Below are positions 40,453-53,262 of a stretch of DNA of 64,000 nucleotides, one piece after another. Origin of the DNA: Azolla caroliniana (Eukaryota > Plantae > Polypodiophyta). The position numbers and the translations under genes are program-made. Positions within the stretch are counted from its first letter, which is position 1. Every line of letters starts with the position of its first letter. The stretch lies in the NCBI GenBank assembly GCA_043228905.1, contig JBHGNT010000011.1:6014001-6078000 (forward strand), in the 5' to 3' direction. A model generated the notes under the pieces. The model had not been told where the DNA came from. It saw only the letters and a program-made list of their open reading frames with translations, and made no database searches.

Positions 40453-43400
40453 CTATCTTTCATCTTCATGTTGATCTATTGGAGGAGGTTCAAGCTCAAA
40501 CCTTTTCTTAAATACTTTTATCCTCTTTCCAGCTACCATGTTTAGGATTAGTGTCCCATCCAATTCACTAAGCTTATAAGTAAAGTTATCATATACTTTT
40601 CTTACTATATAAGGCCCAAACCATCTTTCAGCGAACTTGCGAACGGTGCTATGTTGATTATCTAAACTGCTATCATACACGAGCACCCAATCCCCTTCTT
40701 CTATCTTCTTATGTCGAATTCTATGAGTTTTATCAAAACGAATTTTATTCTTCAATCGAGCCTCCTTCAATCGTTGTGCTGCTAATTCGACATCTTTAGG
40801 CTGACGCTCTAATTGTTGAATTTGCGAAGCCAACAATTCTTCTCTGCTCAACTCTTCTCTCCATGGAATAGATGTCCATGACATAATTCATCCTTCTATT
40901 GGCATGATGGGTTTTTGGCCAAGTATCAATTCAGCTGGCATATATCCTGTTACCGAATTATGTGTTGTCTGATTTGCCCATAGTGCATAAGGTAGCATGC
41001 ATGGCCAATCTCTTATTTTACCTTTACAGCTTTTCACGATCGCCTTAACTATTGGGCTATGTCCTCTTTCAATCTTTCCATTGGCTTCTGGATTATACGC
41101 AGTTGTAAGTGATAATTTGACCCCTATTCGGCTGAAGAATTCTCTAGCTTCATCAGTGTCGAGTTCTCCTCTATCTGCAATTATTTTACCAACACACCCG
41201 TAACGACATATTACATCTTCTAACAAAAATTTACATACAGCTCTAGTTGTTTTTTGTTGTAGTGGTCTTCTTTCTACTTGGTTTGTAAGGTCTTCTCTTG
41301 CTAGTACTAAATATCGCATTTGTTGTCACTAGATCGACCATCCATTTATAATGCATTGATGATGAATATGTTGGTTTTAGCTCATCTCGATACCGGATAG
41401 TTGAATACCTCTGGCAAACTTCACAGGTTTCCACAAATTTTGTTACATCTTTATACATATGTGGCCACCAATACTTTTCTTTCAACTTCATAAATGTCGC
41501 CCATATGCCTCTATGTCCTGCCCACAAACTATCATAGAATTCATTAATTAATTTTCTCTTAATGTCATCCTTACAAATGACTCGAAGAGGATTTTCGGTT
41601 GGCCTTTTTGGATGCCTCCATAAATGCCCTTCATGTAAAAAAAACTTGAATGCTCGTCTTCGAAATTCATTTAATTGTTTCTTTGACCATGATGGGTTGG
41701 CTTCTTGAGTCTTTAGAAAATTTCCTATTTCTAACCATTGACCTTCATACTCCACATCTTTGAACATTATACTTACATTAAACTCATCATGAGGCTTAAT
41801 AGATACTTGATGAGCAACTTGATGGCTTGTAGTTACCCAATTCTTATCTTCTGCTTGCATCACCCTTTCATTTATGAACCTTGCTCTTGACAGCATATCT
41901 ACGACTGGGTTCTCTTTGCCCTTTATATGCCGTAATTTTGCGTTCATGGTTCTAATGTATGCAATCCACCAAAGCATTGCAATATCCGGTGTGGTGCAAC
42001 TTGCTATCATTCCGATGAGTGGCAAACAATCTGTTTCAACCACTACATCTACTCCGATCAAGTAATCTCTATCTGTTTTTAATGCAGTAAGCAAACACCA
42101 CAATTCTCGTTTAACTTGCGCATAGTTTCTTTGTCTTTCATTCAATATGATAGAGAGGATCTGATACATGTGCAAAGTGTGGTAACCAAATATGATAAAA
42201 CACACATGCACCTAAAAATCTTCTCACCTCTGTTACCGATTCGCAAACCTCCTTCATATTTTGTATTGCATTAATTTTGATCAGTGATGGCTTCCTCCCA
42301 TACCAGCCACACATATGACCAACTATCAGAACTTCGTTCTGCCCAAAGCTTGACTTTGTTCCTGATAGTGTCAAATGTACCTGCTCAAGCTTATTTAAAA
42401 TACTTTCACAATCATTTATGTGATCCATCACAAACTTTCTGCAACCATTTCCAACCATAGTCTCATCTTTCTCTCTTTCTAAGCATCCCTTAATAGGAAT
42501 ATCATCTAAAAATGGCATAGTTACCTTTGGGATGTATTCATGTAGAACTTTGTTCATTGCATTCATCATATGAGCAACTGAATTCGTCGCACCTTGAGGT
42601 AGAGTGCACATTCGAACCAACCCAATTGGTGTTTTCATTGTTGTGATATTGCGACTATCAATTGCTAGTTGAAATTGGTCGTATCCTGAATATAGGTCTC
42701 CCACGGAGTAAATCGCTCTTCCAGCAAACGCTTCCGCAAATTCATCAACGATCAGTCCGATTCCCGCATTTCGGATTGTGACTTTGTTGACTAGTTGTAG
42801 ATCTTGAATGAATCTTAGAGAACCATCTTTCTTTGGAACTGTGAACCATCTATTGGAGTATGGTGCATTTGAAGGCTCTAAAATCTTCATTTTGACTTTA
42901 TCCTTCAGCAGCTCCAACAATTGAGGTAATCATGCTCTCGGTACTGTAATAGGTTTAAAATTCCAAGGAATATGAGGGATAGTAAATATTACCATTGGCA
43001 TTACCACCTTTGGATTTACACAACCAATCTCCTCAGCTTTGAATGTGAACGCTTTCCCATGCCTAAAGATCATTTCTTTGAAAGTCGCGATCTCTGATTG
43101 CAGAAGAAATTCACCCCCTCCGATTCTCAAGTTATTTATTGTCTCCGAAGTGAAGTGATGTATGATCTTCTCTATTGGTCGAAGCATAGGCTCGGTTGCT
43201 GCTGCCTCCATCTTCTCTTCACTACCAATAGGTAATGGTACTGTAACAGGTTTGACCTTTTTATCTATTGTTTTGTATTTTGTATTACATAAACTTTCTA
43301 CTTCTTCATATTTACAATTATACCTATCAATCTCATAATACATATCAATTGAGTTTACATGTATCTTTCTAACATTCTCATCATCTTCTTTCAAATACAT

Positions 43401-44612
43401 TTCTAACTCTTCTAAAGTATTTGCAAAAGAAATTTCTTCCATAACACTGTCAATCTGCTCTTCCATTTCAAGTACTCCATTATCCTTCAATGCCTGTTGA
43501 AACATATTAACATTCTTCTTCAAGTTCTTCTTGCATTCATACATCCTAGTCACACATATAGCACCACTTTCAGAAACATGAAATGACTTATTCATATGTT
43601 GTAATGCCCTATATGAGGGTCTTTTAATAATGGGACTATTGCAACCCTCACTCGCAACAGTCCTAGTCAAAAACCTGATTATCAAAATCATCATAGTCTT
43701 TTGGTATTGAATGATCACGAAGCTCTTGCTTGTTCCTGTCATGATTTGGGCGAACTGTCATAAATTGTACAGTTCGTCGTCCATCTTGGCTACGGATTTT
43801 CACATAGGCAGAACCATTGTCGAGGACTTTGGTCTCCATCTGTACCACTGTAATGTATGGTTGCCCCAGGATTATTGGATAGGTAGATCCTTCCTTCACA
43901 AAGAAATGTTGATCTACCTCTATATCACCAATAGTAACCTTTACATTTGGGCATGCACCAAATAAGTCTTCCGTGACTGATGTGGCAGCTTTTACTCGCC
44001 AACCATGTTGAGTATCAATTGGCCATCTACATTTCCTATAAAAATCAGCACTCATTATATTTATTTCAGAACCATGATCAATAAGTGCCATCACAGGGTC
44101 TGGAACATTTCCAATCTTCACATGATGCTCAGTAGTGACTCTTGCCCAACATTTGCGAGAGTAATGGCTTCTTACATGTATTGAATTTATCATTAAGGTT
44201 GATGCATGTTGAGAGTCAACAATGATATTGTTTGACTCGTTGCTCACCACTTCATAAGCCACCTTCGGATTTGTCTCTTTAACCTGCTCATTTACTTGCT
44301 TCTTTCTTCGCACAATATCAATTATTTCATCATGAAATTCCTTTTTTGCAATACCTAACACTTCTCTTAGTGTAAATTCTACTCGACTGTCTAGTATTCT
44401 TGTTTCTAAAACTTTCTTTAAATCTATATCTTTTTCAATATCAAACATTAATTTGAATGAAGGACCAAATTTACCGTTTTCGACCTTTGCGTCCATCTCT
44501 TTTCTTTTGCTATCTCTTGTCTCATGCTTTTTTGTTGAGACAATCTCATCATCCGGCCTTTTCCTTTTTTCTTCCACTATCACCTCATGCTGTTGGTGTT
44601 CTGCCATCTGAG
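40453..44612 (-). pseudogene. Gypsy protease, RT, RNase H and integrase of the 21055..52182 element, frameshifted
   Basis: ALIDHGSEIN, FIQDLQ, FLDD, WAGHRG, ADRGE, WFGPY; broken into several ORFs. Confidence 0.92.
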
Positions 44613-44617
44613 CATAG

Positions 44618-47600
44618 TGTTGGGATTTCGGTCCCTTTCGGATGGGATGGTCGGATATCTGAGATGGATGCCGACAAGCCCGGTTTCGGTTTCGGATCCG
44701 GATGACGAAGACCCCGGCTTCGGTACCGGATGACGAATGTACCCGGAGAGCGATCCGGATGCAGGGACATATCCGTGAATATGTTCGCTATGGGCCCCCT
44801 GAGGCTATAGTTGTAAATAGCCCAAAGTCATATAAGTATAAATATGACTTAGGGCAAACAGTTTTACTGTTGCTTCTCATTTTTCTGTTTTTCCACTCTA
44901 GAGGAGTGAAGTGTAAGCAGCCGTGAGAGAGAGAGATAGAGCGCGAGAGAGAGGAAGAGGTAGACGCCTCTGTGTATTTCCGCCGCCTGTGGCGAGGACA
45001 GCGAGCTCAAGGTCGTCGCCTTGCATCTCGCCATTGTATACTTCTCTGTATAGTTTGGTTTGGAGTCTCGCACTCCCGTGGTTTTTCCCGTATAGGGTTT
45101 TCCACGTTAATCCCTGTGTATCGTGGCTTTCTCTGTATTTCCTATTTTCTGCTGCATCGATTAGCAATTACTCGGTTGTGGCCGAGCGGAGAAGGTGAAT
45201 CGAAGCGTCGATTCCCAACAAACTGGTATCAGAGCGACTGTTGCAGAAAATGGAAGGCGGCGGCAGCGGGCAGCCGATGATGATGGTGCTGAATGCACAG
45301 AATTACGCCGACTGGAAGATCAAGATGGAGAATCTTCTGATTGTTCGGGACCTGTACGAACCGATTGACAGGTCGGAAATACCGAAGGGGGTACTTGAGT
45401 CGGAGTGGAAGCTCCTGAACCGGAAAGCCGTGGCGACGATCCGACAATATGTCGATGTAATCGTCCTACAACATGTGGCGAACGACACCAACGCATATGA
45501 GATGTGGCGGAAGCTGTCGGGCCTCTACGAGAGGAAGAATGCGCTGAACCGGACCTCCCTGATGAGGAAGATTGTGAATCTCAAGTACCGGGACGGCGAG
45601 AGTATGGTGGAACACGTAAGCACGTTCATGGGATTCGTGAATCAGCTTGCGGCGATCAAGTTCCCATTGGAGGATGCAATGCAAGCCATCATCCTGATGT
45701 GTACATTGCCGGAAAGCTGGGAGAACTTGGTGGTGACTCTCAGCACCTCCTGCACCGAAGATAACTTGTCCTTACAAACGGTAAAGACAAGTATTTTGAA
45801 TGAAGAAGCGCGTCGGAGAGATAAGGAACCGGCCTCCGACCCGAAGATGTTGTTTACCGAATCGGATCGGGGAAGACAATGGAACCGGAGTCCGCAAAGA
45901 CGGGAGAAGTCGGGGACCCGGTCGCAGTCAAGAGGAAGGCCCACATGCTTCCACTGTGGGAAGCCCGGGCACTTCCGAAAGAATTGTCGGCATTACCGAA
46001 AGGACAATGGAACCGACAACACCGATTCGAAGAAGTCACCGGAGAGAAACGGTGCATACCGGGGAGCCACGGACCGAAATGGTTCGGATCGGCGAGGACA
46101 GGACCGGAAAGGAACGACGGCACTCGCGGCAAGTGAAGAGGAGATCATGCTCATCACCGAAGAAGGTGAACTAAACATTGCCGGCGATGAGACGACCTGG
46201 GTGGTCGATTCCGGAGCATCGTTCCACCTGACCCCTGAGAGAAGATACTTCTCATCCTACACAGCCGGTGAGCATGGCTGTGTTCGGATGGGGAATGAAG
46301 GTACGTGCCGGATTGCCGGCATAGGAGACGTGTGGTTGACAACCCCGACCGGATGCAAAATGCTGCTGAAGAATGTCCGACACGTTCCGGAGGTCCGACT
46401 GAACCTGATTTCGGCCGGGAGGCTAGATGATGAAGGCTACACGGGTAGCATCCGGAACGGTGTCATGAAGTTCAGCAAGGGGAGCTTGATAGTGGCTCGG
46501 GCCCGGAAGGTCAACACACTGTACCTGATGAATGCCTGGTTATGTCCGGAAGAGCTGAATGTGGCAGCCGACACTGCCGGTGAGCTGTGGCACAAAAGAC
46601 TGTGCCACATGAGTGAGAAGGGGATGAAGAGGCTTGCAGAAGACAACCTTATTCCAGTGAAGCACGTGCACCTGGAGAAGTGCACCGATTGCCTGGCCGG
46701 TAAGCAGAACCGAACCTCCTTCCACTCAAGGCCACCGACGAGACGTAGCGCACCATTGGAGTTGGTGCACACCGATGTGTGTCAGGTAGAAACGAAGTCA
46801 CATGGCGGAGCCCAGTACTTCGTAACTTTCATAGATGATCATAGCCGAAGACTGTGGATGGCACCGATGAAGACAAAGGACCAAGTGTTGTCCGTCTTCA
46901 AAGAACTCCACGCGAGAGTGGAAAGAGAATCCGGCAAGAAGCTGAAAGCGATACGAGCGGATAACGGAGGGGAATACCGGGGACAGTTCCAGGAGTACTG
47001 TCGCTCGAAGGGAATCCGGCTCGAGTTTACTGTGCCGAAGACGCCGGAACTGAACGGGCTGGCCGAGAGGATGAACCGGACCATAATGGAGAGGGTCCGG
47101 AGTATGCTGGCGCATGCGGAATTACCCAAGGGTTTTTGGGCTGAGGCGATGTCGACGGCGACATACGTGATAAACAGAGCACCCTCAGTACCTTTGGGCG
47201 GAGACACGCCGCAGAGAGTGTGGACCGGTAGGGAAGTATCCTACCGGCATCTGAAGGTGTTCGGGTGTCTCGCATACGTGCATGTGGCAAAGGACCGGAG
47301 AGGAAAGCTAGATCCAAAGACCCGGCCATGCATATTCCTCGGTTACGGCGATGACGAGTTCGGCTACCGAGTATGGGACCCGGTCGACAAGAAGATATTC
47401 AGGAGTCGAGATATCATCTTCATGGAGGACAAGACACTCGCCGACTGGGAGTCGGAGAAGAAGATGAAGAGCTCCAAGTCGACCGGTGAGGATCAACTCT
47501 ACGAGGAGCAGTCCCGACCGGCAAGGGACCGGTTAGCACTCGAGGATCCGGCCGAAGACGGTGAAGAAACCGAACCGACCGAAGAAGATGAAAATGATAC

Positions 47601-49936
47601 CGGAACCGGCCCCGATCCCGAAATGGATTCGGATGAAGAAGAATCGGAAGAACCGATTACCGAAGCTCCAGAACGGAGATATCCTCTAAGAGAGAGAAGG
47701 GCCCCCCGGAGATTTCCGGAACCAGAGCACGTGCTGCTAACCGACGAGGGGGAGCCGGAGAGTTTTGAAGAAGCAAAACATGACACTCAGAGCCGCAGGT
47801 GGTTGAGTGCCATGCAGGACGAGATGGATTCCCTGCATGAGAACCACACATATGAACTTGTGGAGTTGCCGAAAGGAAAGCGGGCACTTCGAAACAAGTG
47901 GGTGTTCAAGCTGAAACCGGGAGATGCCGGAAACCCCCCGAGATACAAAGCCAGGATCGTGGTGAAGGGGTTTCAGCAGAAGAAGGGCGTCGACTTCGAC
48001 GAGATATTTGCCCCGGTAGTGAAGATGACCTCCATCCGGACGGTGCTGAGCATAGCGGCAAGCATGGACCTCGAGGTAGAACAGATGGACGTGAAGACGG
48101 CATTCCTTCACGGTGACCTCGAAGAAGAGATCTACATGCAGCAACCGGAAGGATTCGAGAAGAAAGGGAAGGAGCACCTGGTATGCCGGCTGAAGAAGAG
48201 CCTTTACGGACTGAAGCAGGCTCCCCGGCAATGGTACCGGAAGTTCGACTCCTTCATGACCGACGAAGGGTACCTCAAAACGCAGTCCGACCACTGCGTG
48301 TTTGTGAAGAAATTTGAAGGAGGAGACTTTCTAATACTCCTCCTGTACGTGGACGACATGTTGATCGTCGGACGGGACCAGGTCAAGATACGGATGCTGA
48401 AGAAGGCTCTTCACTGAACCTTCTCAATGAAGGACCTGGGTCCGGCGAGGCAAATACTAGGGATGCACATCATCCGGGACCGGAAGAAGAAGCAGTTGTG
48501 GCTGTCACAGGAGAAGTACGTGACGAAGGTGCTTCACCGGTTCAACATGTCGGAAGCAAGACCGGTCGGATCGACCCTCCCGGCAAACTGCAAGCTGTCC
48601 AGCAAGCAAAGTCCCAAGACAAAGGCTGAAAAGGAGGATATGATGAAAGTGCCGTATGCCTCAGCCGTCGGGAGCTTGATGTACGCCATGGTGTGTACGA
48701 GACCGGACATCGGATATGCAGTCGGAGTGGTGAGCCGGTACATGAGCAATCCCGGCAAAGAGCATTGGAACGCGGCCAAGTGGATACTCCGATACCTGAA
48801 GGGCACGGCGAACGTGTGCCTCCGATTCGGCTCCGGTAAGCCCGAACTCGACGGCTTCACCGATTCGGATATGTCGGCTGATGCAGATACCAGCCGGTCC
48901 ACATCAGGGTATGTGATGACGTATGCAGGGGGAGCTGTTTCCTGGCAGTCGAGGCTGCAGAAGACGGTTGCGTTGTCAACCACGGAGGCGGAGTACATGG
49001 CGGCTGTTGAAGCCGGCAAGGAATTAATATGGATGAAGGACTTCATTAGAGAGCTCGATATCCAACAGGAGGAGTACCGACTCTACTGCGATAGTCAGAG
49101 TGCAATCCACCTTGCGAAGAACGCGGCCTATCACTCCCGGACGAAGCACATCCAGCGAAGATATCACTGGATCCGGGAAAGGATAGAAGACAAGGAGTTC
49201 GTGCTGACGAAGATCCACACGGACGAGAACGGGTCGGATATGCTGACCAAGGTGCTCATACCCGACAAGCTGGAAGCATGCCGGAAGAGGATCGGATTGG
49301 AGAGACATCCCATGCCGAAGTGAAGGGGGAGTTTGTTGGGATTTCGGTCCCTTTCGGATGGGATGGTCGGATATCTGAGATGGATGCCGACAAGCCTGGT
49401 TTCGGTTTCGGATCCGGATGACGAAGACCCCGGCTTCGGTACCGGATGACGAATGTACCTGGAGAGCGATCCGGATGCAGGGACATATCCGTGAATATGT
49501 TCGCTATGGGCCCCCTGAGGCTATAGTTGTAAATAGCCCAAAGTCATATAAGTATAAATATGACTTAGGGCAAACAGTTTTACTGTTGCTTCTCATTTTT
49601 CTGTTTTTCCACTCTAGAGGAGTGAAGTGTAAGCAGCCGTGAGAGAGAGAGATAGAGCGCGAGAGAGAGGAAGAGGTAGACGCCTCTGTGTATTTCCGCC
49701 GCCTGTGGCGAGGACAGCGAGCTCAAGGTCGTCGCCTTGCATCTCGCCATTGTATACTTCTCTGTATAGTTTGGTTTGAAGTCTCGCACTCCCGTGGTTT
49801 TTCCCGTATAGGGTTTTCCACGTTAATCCCTGTGTATCGTGGCTTTCTCTGTATTTCCTATTTTCTGCTGCATCGATTAGCGATTACTCGGTTGTGGCCG
49901 AGCGGAGAAGGTGAATCGAAGTGTCGATTCCCAACA
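44618..49936 (+). mobile_element. Full-length Ty1/Copia element, LTRs 44618..45220 and 49334..49936
   Basis: 603-bp LTRs with about 5 transitions; TSD CATAG; tRNA-iMet PBS at 45224; PPT gaagggggag. Confidence 0.98.
45250..49323 (+). pseudogene. Copia gag-pol with a single premature stop (CGA to TGA at 48415)
   Basis: Near-identical to 31081..35154, which has CGA (Arg) at this codon. Confidence 0.95.
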
Positions 49937-49941
49937 CATAG

Positions 49942-51161
49942 ACCGTCATAGCATCCACTGGAACATCCCATCTAGTGTTTCTCCTAACAAAATCTCCGGC
50001 AACACGAAGGTCTTCCATCTTCATCATTTGCTTTTGTGCGGTACTTACAACCTTCTCCCAGAATGATGATCGGGATGGCATGTCATTGAGGTGCATTCCT
50101 GTCGTTGCCAAGTAGTACATTGCGGAAGCCTTCTTTGCTTCAACTTCTTCAAATTTAACTTTAACACCACCATCACCAAAGTTCTTTGTAAGTGGATTTC
50201 TAGTTTCAATTAAATAAATGTTACCATTTTCCCAATACACCAAGTCTCGATTTTCCATGTCTTTATATTCCGCACAATCACGTAATCGATGTTCGAGATT
50301 ATCACACCACATGCATCGAGGTCGAAATGGTTCCCTTGACCTCGAAGTCTGACCATTCTCAAGATTTGCCACTTTAATTGTTAGATCTTTCATACTTTGA
50401 ACCAAATCATCAAGCAAAGACTCACTTTTGGTTTGGATCATTTCTCGTGGTTGATGGACCATTTCATGTGATGGTTCTCGAACAAGTCTTTGAACTTAGA
50501 TGTTTTGCTCAAGACGATTTGTGATTCCCACATGTGGTATTTGTAGCATTGCACCATTCCTTTGCATTCTTTTCATAAATTTATTACAAACATTTGTTAC
50601 CTCATTCCAATCTGCAATTATACCAGCCTCAGTATTTGGTACTTCAAGCATGAATTCCAATTCTTTTCTATATCTCTTGTCAACTACCTACAAAAATAAA
50701 GCAACCTTTTGCCAAGACAAATAATTTCTTTCTTCTGGCTTTAGGTGTCCATACATCCTATCAAACTCTTTTTTTGTGTCAGACACAGATAACCCTTTAT
50801 CTTCTTTTAAGATCCATTCATGAAATGAACACATAGTAACTCGAGAGAAATCCTCACGAGCATGTTCAGACACAAGTGCTGCTTTGAATGCATTCCAATC
50901 CAAACTATGCCATGCTTGTATTTCATGAATTCTATTTCTTAATTCCATGTCCACTAATTTATAAAAGTTTGCTATCATATTGACATCATTTATACCAAAC
51001 ATTTCCATTTCATCATAATACATATTCACATACTTCGAAATATTTGTGCCATCAAACATACCAATCTTCTCTCGGACTTTTCGTAAGGCATGAAATAATC
51101 GATCTTGATTCAACTTTTCAATAAACAACATTACTGGATCCATTGTACTCGTACTTGCCAT
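49942..51161 (-). pseudogene. Gypsy gag of the 21055..52182 element
   Basis: IGMFDGTNISKY and CMWCDNLEHRLRDC; homologous to 13892-15300; interrupted by the Copia. Confidence 0.85.
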
Positions 51162-51890
51162 GTTGATGTTGATCTTTACTTTAGATGTCTCTTCTACTTC
51201 CCCGTTTCATGTCGGGTTCACCAAATTGTGTCGTGGTGTCGCTTGCCTAGAAGCGTAGCGTTGCGTAGACAAAAGATATTGTGAAAGTGAGGAAGGAATC
51301 ACTGGGATTCTGGACAGAAGAGACGAAAGAGTAGAGATAGAGTAAATAGAGATCAACAAGATATGACAAGATAGGATATTGAATGATATTTGAAGGAATA
51401 AAAGAGATTTATAAAAAAAATTTATCAAAGAGTTACAAAAGTGGTTGTAAGCGTCGTTGATCCTTCGAACTTGGTCTCACAAGATAATCACTCTTCTCTT
51501 TCTTGATAGTAGGCCACAACAATCTTCACTTCAATATTTTGATGAAGATAAGGCTCAAACCGCCTCCCTCTTGTTGAGAGTTGACCACCACGATCGCCAA
51601 GCTAGAGCTCCACCTTTATGTTGAACTTCTTCCTTTCTTTCTCTATTTTATGGTATCTCTTATGTAATATATATTTGATTGATATCTCATACTTCTTCTT
51701 TCATCTTCTCTTTCACCATTTTAATAGGTGCCCCCATGCATATGATGCATTGGAGGGTACAAGTCATGCATGTAGTGCATGAAATGCATGTGATGCATGA
51801 TAGGCATCTCGCTCATTTGAGCTTTCATGTATGAAAAATATACATAGCATAAGAATAAACATGAAAATATAGTTTTAAAAACAAAGGACC

Positions 51891-52080
51891 TAGCCTAATG
51901 GTAGGTGTGTTGACTTTGGTATATGAGGTTGTGGGTTCGAGTCTTTGAAACATTATTGAATTTACAACATGTAACGGCGTTTTTATATCATGAAGCAAAT
52001 CCTTTATTTTATATATATTGTTAGTATAGAGTAAATGGTAAGATTTGAAAGTCATAGGGTGGGGTTATTGGTTCAAGTCC
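51891..52080 (+). promoter_or_regulatory. Two tRNA-like Pol III A-box/B-box modules in the Gypsy LTR (copies at 21570-21759)
   Basis: TAGCCTAATGG (51891) with GGTTCGAGTCT (51934); TAGAGTAAATGG (52027) with GGTTCAAGTCC (52070); start-to-start spacing 43 bp in both. Confidence 0.5.
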
Positions 52081-52739
52081 TCTCTTGTTCGTGTAATATA
52101 ATATATTTATCTATATATATATATAGTATTTTTCTTTACATATATATTATATTCTCATATGTGTTGTTAATATTATCTTTATGGGTAAAAGCATGCGAGT
52201 GGAAACACTATTATAGCTAATTAGCTACTAAAATGGCCATATCTAATTAGCTATTTGTTTAGCTAGTCTTTTTTGTGGGAAAATCAAATATTTGAAAAAC
52301 TAATTTATGAAAAAACTCAAATATTTGAACTTCTGTTTCAGACATAGTGGAACTTGGGGAATAGCACCATCATCTGAGGTCGACTTCAATGTCATCAATT
52401 TCCTGTTTAGCCTAAGTCTGATTTTGAACGCAGATGGAGTACTCAGAGCACGAACGCAGACGTAGCTCCCGCAACAGTAGAAAATCGACATTGCAGATTG
52501 AGAGCTACAACACAGAACCCGCTCGATCATCATCCAGGTATGTTTCAGTTACAGAAACCCCAAACATTTGTTTTTTCTTTTTGACTACTGTCTGAACTTT
52601 CGTGCCGATTCATATTTCCCCAAAATCGAATAGGGCGAAGTCCTTGGAGTCCCATACAAGGATGTCTCGCAAATCGGGGAGTAGCAACAGGTGTGTTTAT
52701 ATTACTTTTTTTGTGTTTAATCCTGTCTTTAGTGATGAT

Positions 52740-53210
52740 TGGGGTTTCTGATTGAAATTTCTGATTAGGGTTTTTGTTTATAAATTTCGCATTAGGGTTT
52801 GTGATTGAAATTTCTGATTAGGGTTTCTGATTGAAATTTTTTATTAGGGTTTTTGATTATAAATTTCTGATTAGAATTTCTGAATAGGGTTTCTGGTTAC
52901 AAATTTTGATTACAGATTAGAATTTTTGAATAGGGTTTTTGTTTATAAATATCTATTTAGGATTTCTGATTAGGGTTTGTGATTGAAATTTCTGATTAGG
53001 GTTTGTGATTGAAATTTCTGATTAGGGTTTTTGATTATAAATTTCTGATTAGAATTTCTTAATAAGGTTTCTGGTTACAAACTTCTGATTACAGATTTTG
53101 ATTAGGGTTTCTGATTTCAAATTTCTAAATACAAATTATGATTAGGGTTTCTGATTTTCTAAGTTAAAGATTTTGCACCATTTTTGTTGTTGTTGATTGG
53201 GGTTTCTGAT
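52740..53210. repeat. About 26-bp degenerate tandem repeats with telo-box TAGGGTTT in a likely 5' intron
   Basis: About 11 TAGGGTTT copies embedded in ctgattgaaatttctgat units; acceptor CAG just before ATG 53263. Confidence 0.85.
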
Positions 53211-53262
53211 TCTCACATATTCTGATTTTGCACTATTTCTAATTTCTGAAATGATATTTCAG

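Larger units (their letters stand above)
21055..52182 (-). mobile_element. Ty3/Gypsy element (Trp PBS). 3' LTR 21055..40412 is split by element A; 5' LTR starts at 51229 and is split by element B at 52183
   Basis: 21055-21851 matches 51229-52182 apart from two deletions; LTR end CACGACA at 40412 followed by PPT complement tccaccctctct; PBS complement gtcgggttcacca at 51211-51223. Confidence 0.9.

Noticed and set aside
48415-48417. Programmed stop-codon readthrough in the Copia RT
   Set aside because: The sister copy has CGA at this codon; simple CpG deamination explains it.
51205-51225. tRNA-Trp gene
   Set aside because: Only the 3'-end complement next to an LTR, so it is a primer-binding site (also at about 13852).
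52740-53210. Interstitial telomere
   Set aside because: TAGGGTTT motifs are separated by about 18-bp spacers, not contiguous TTTAGGG repeats.
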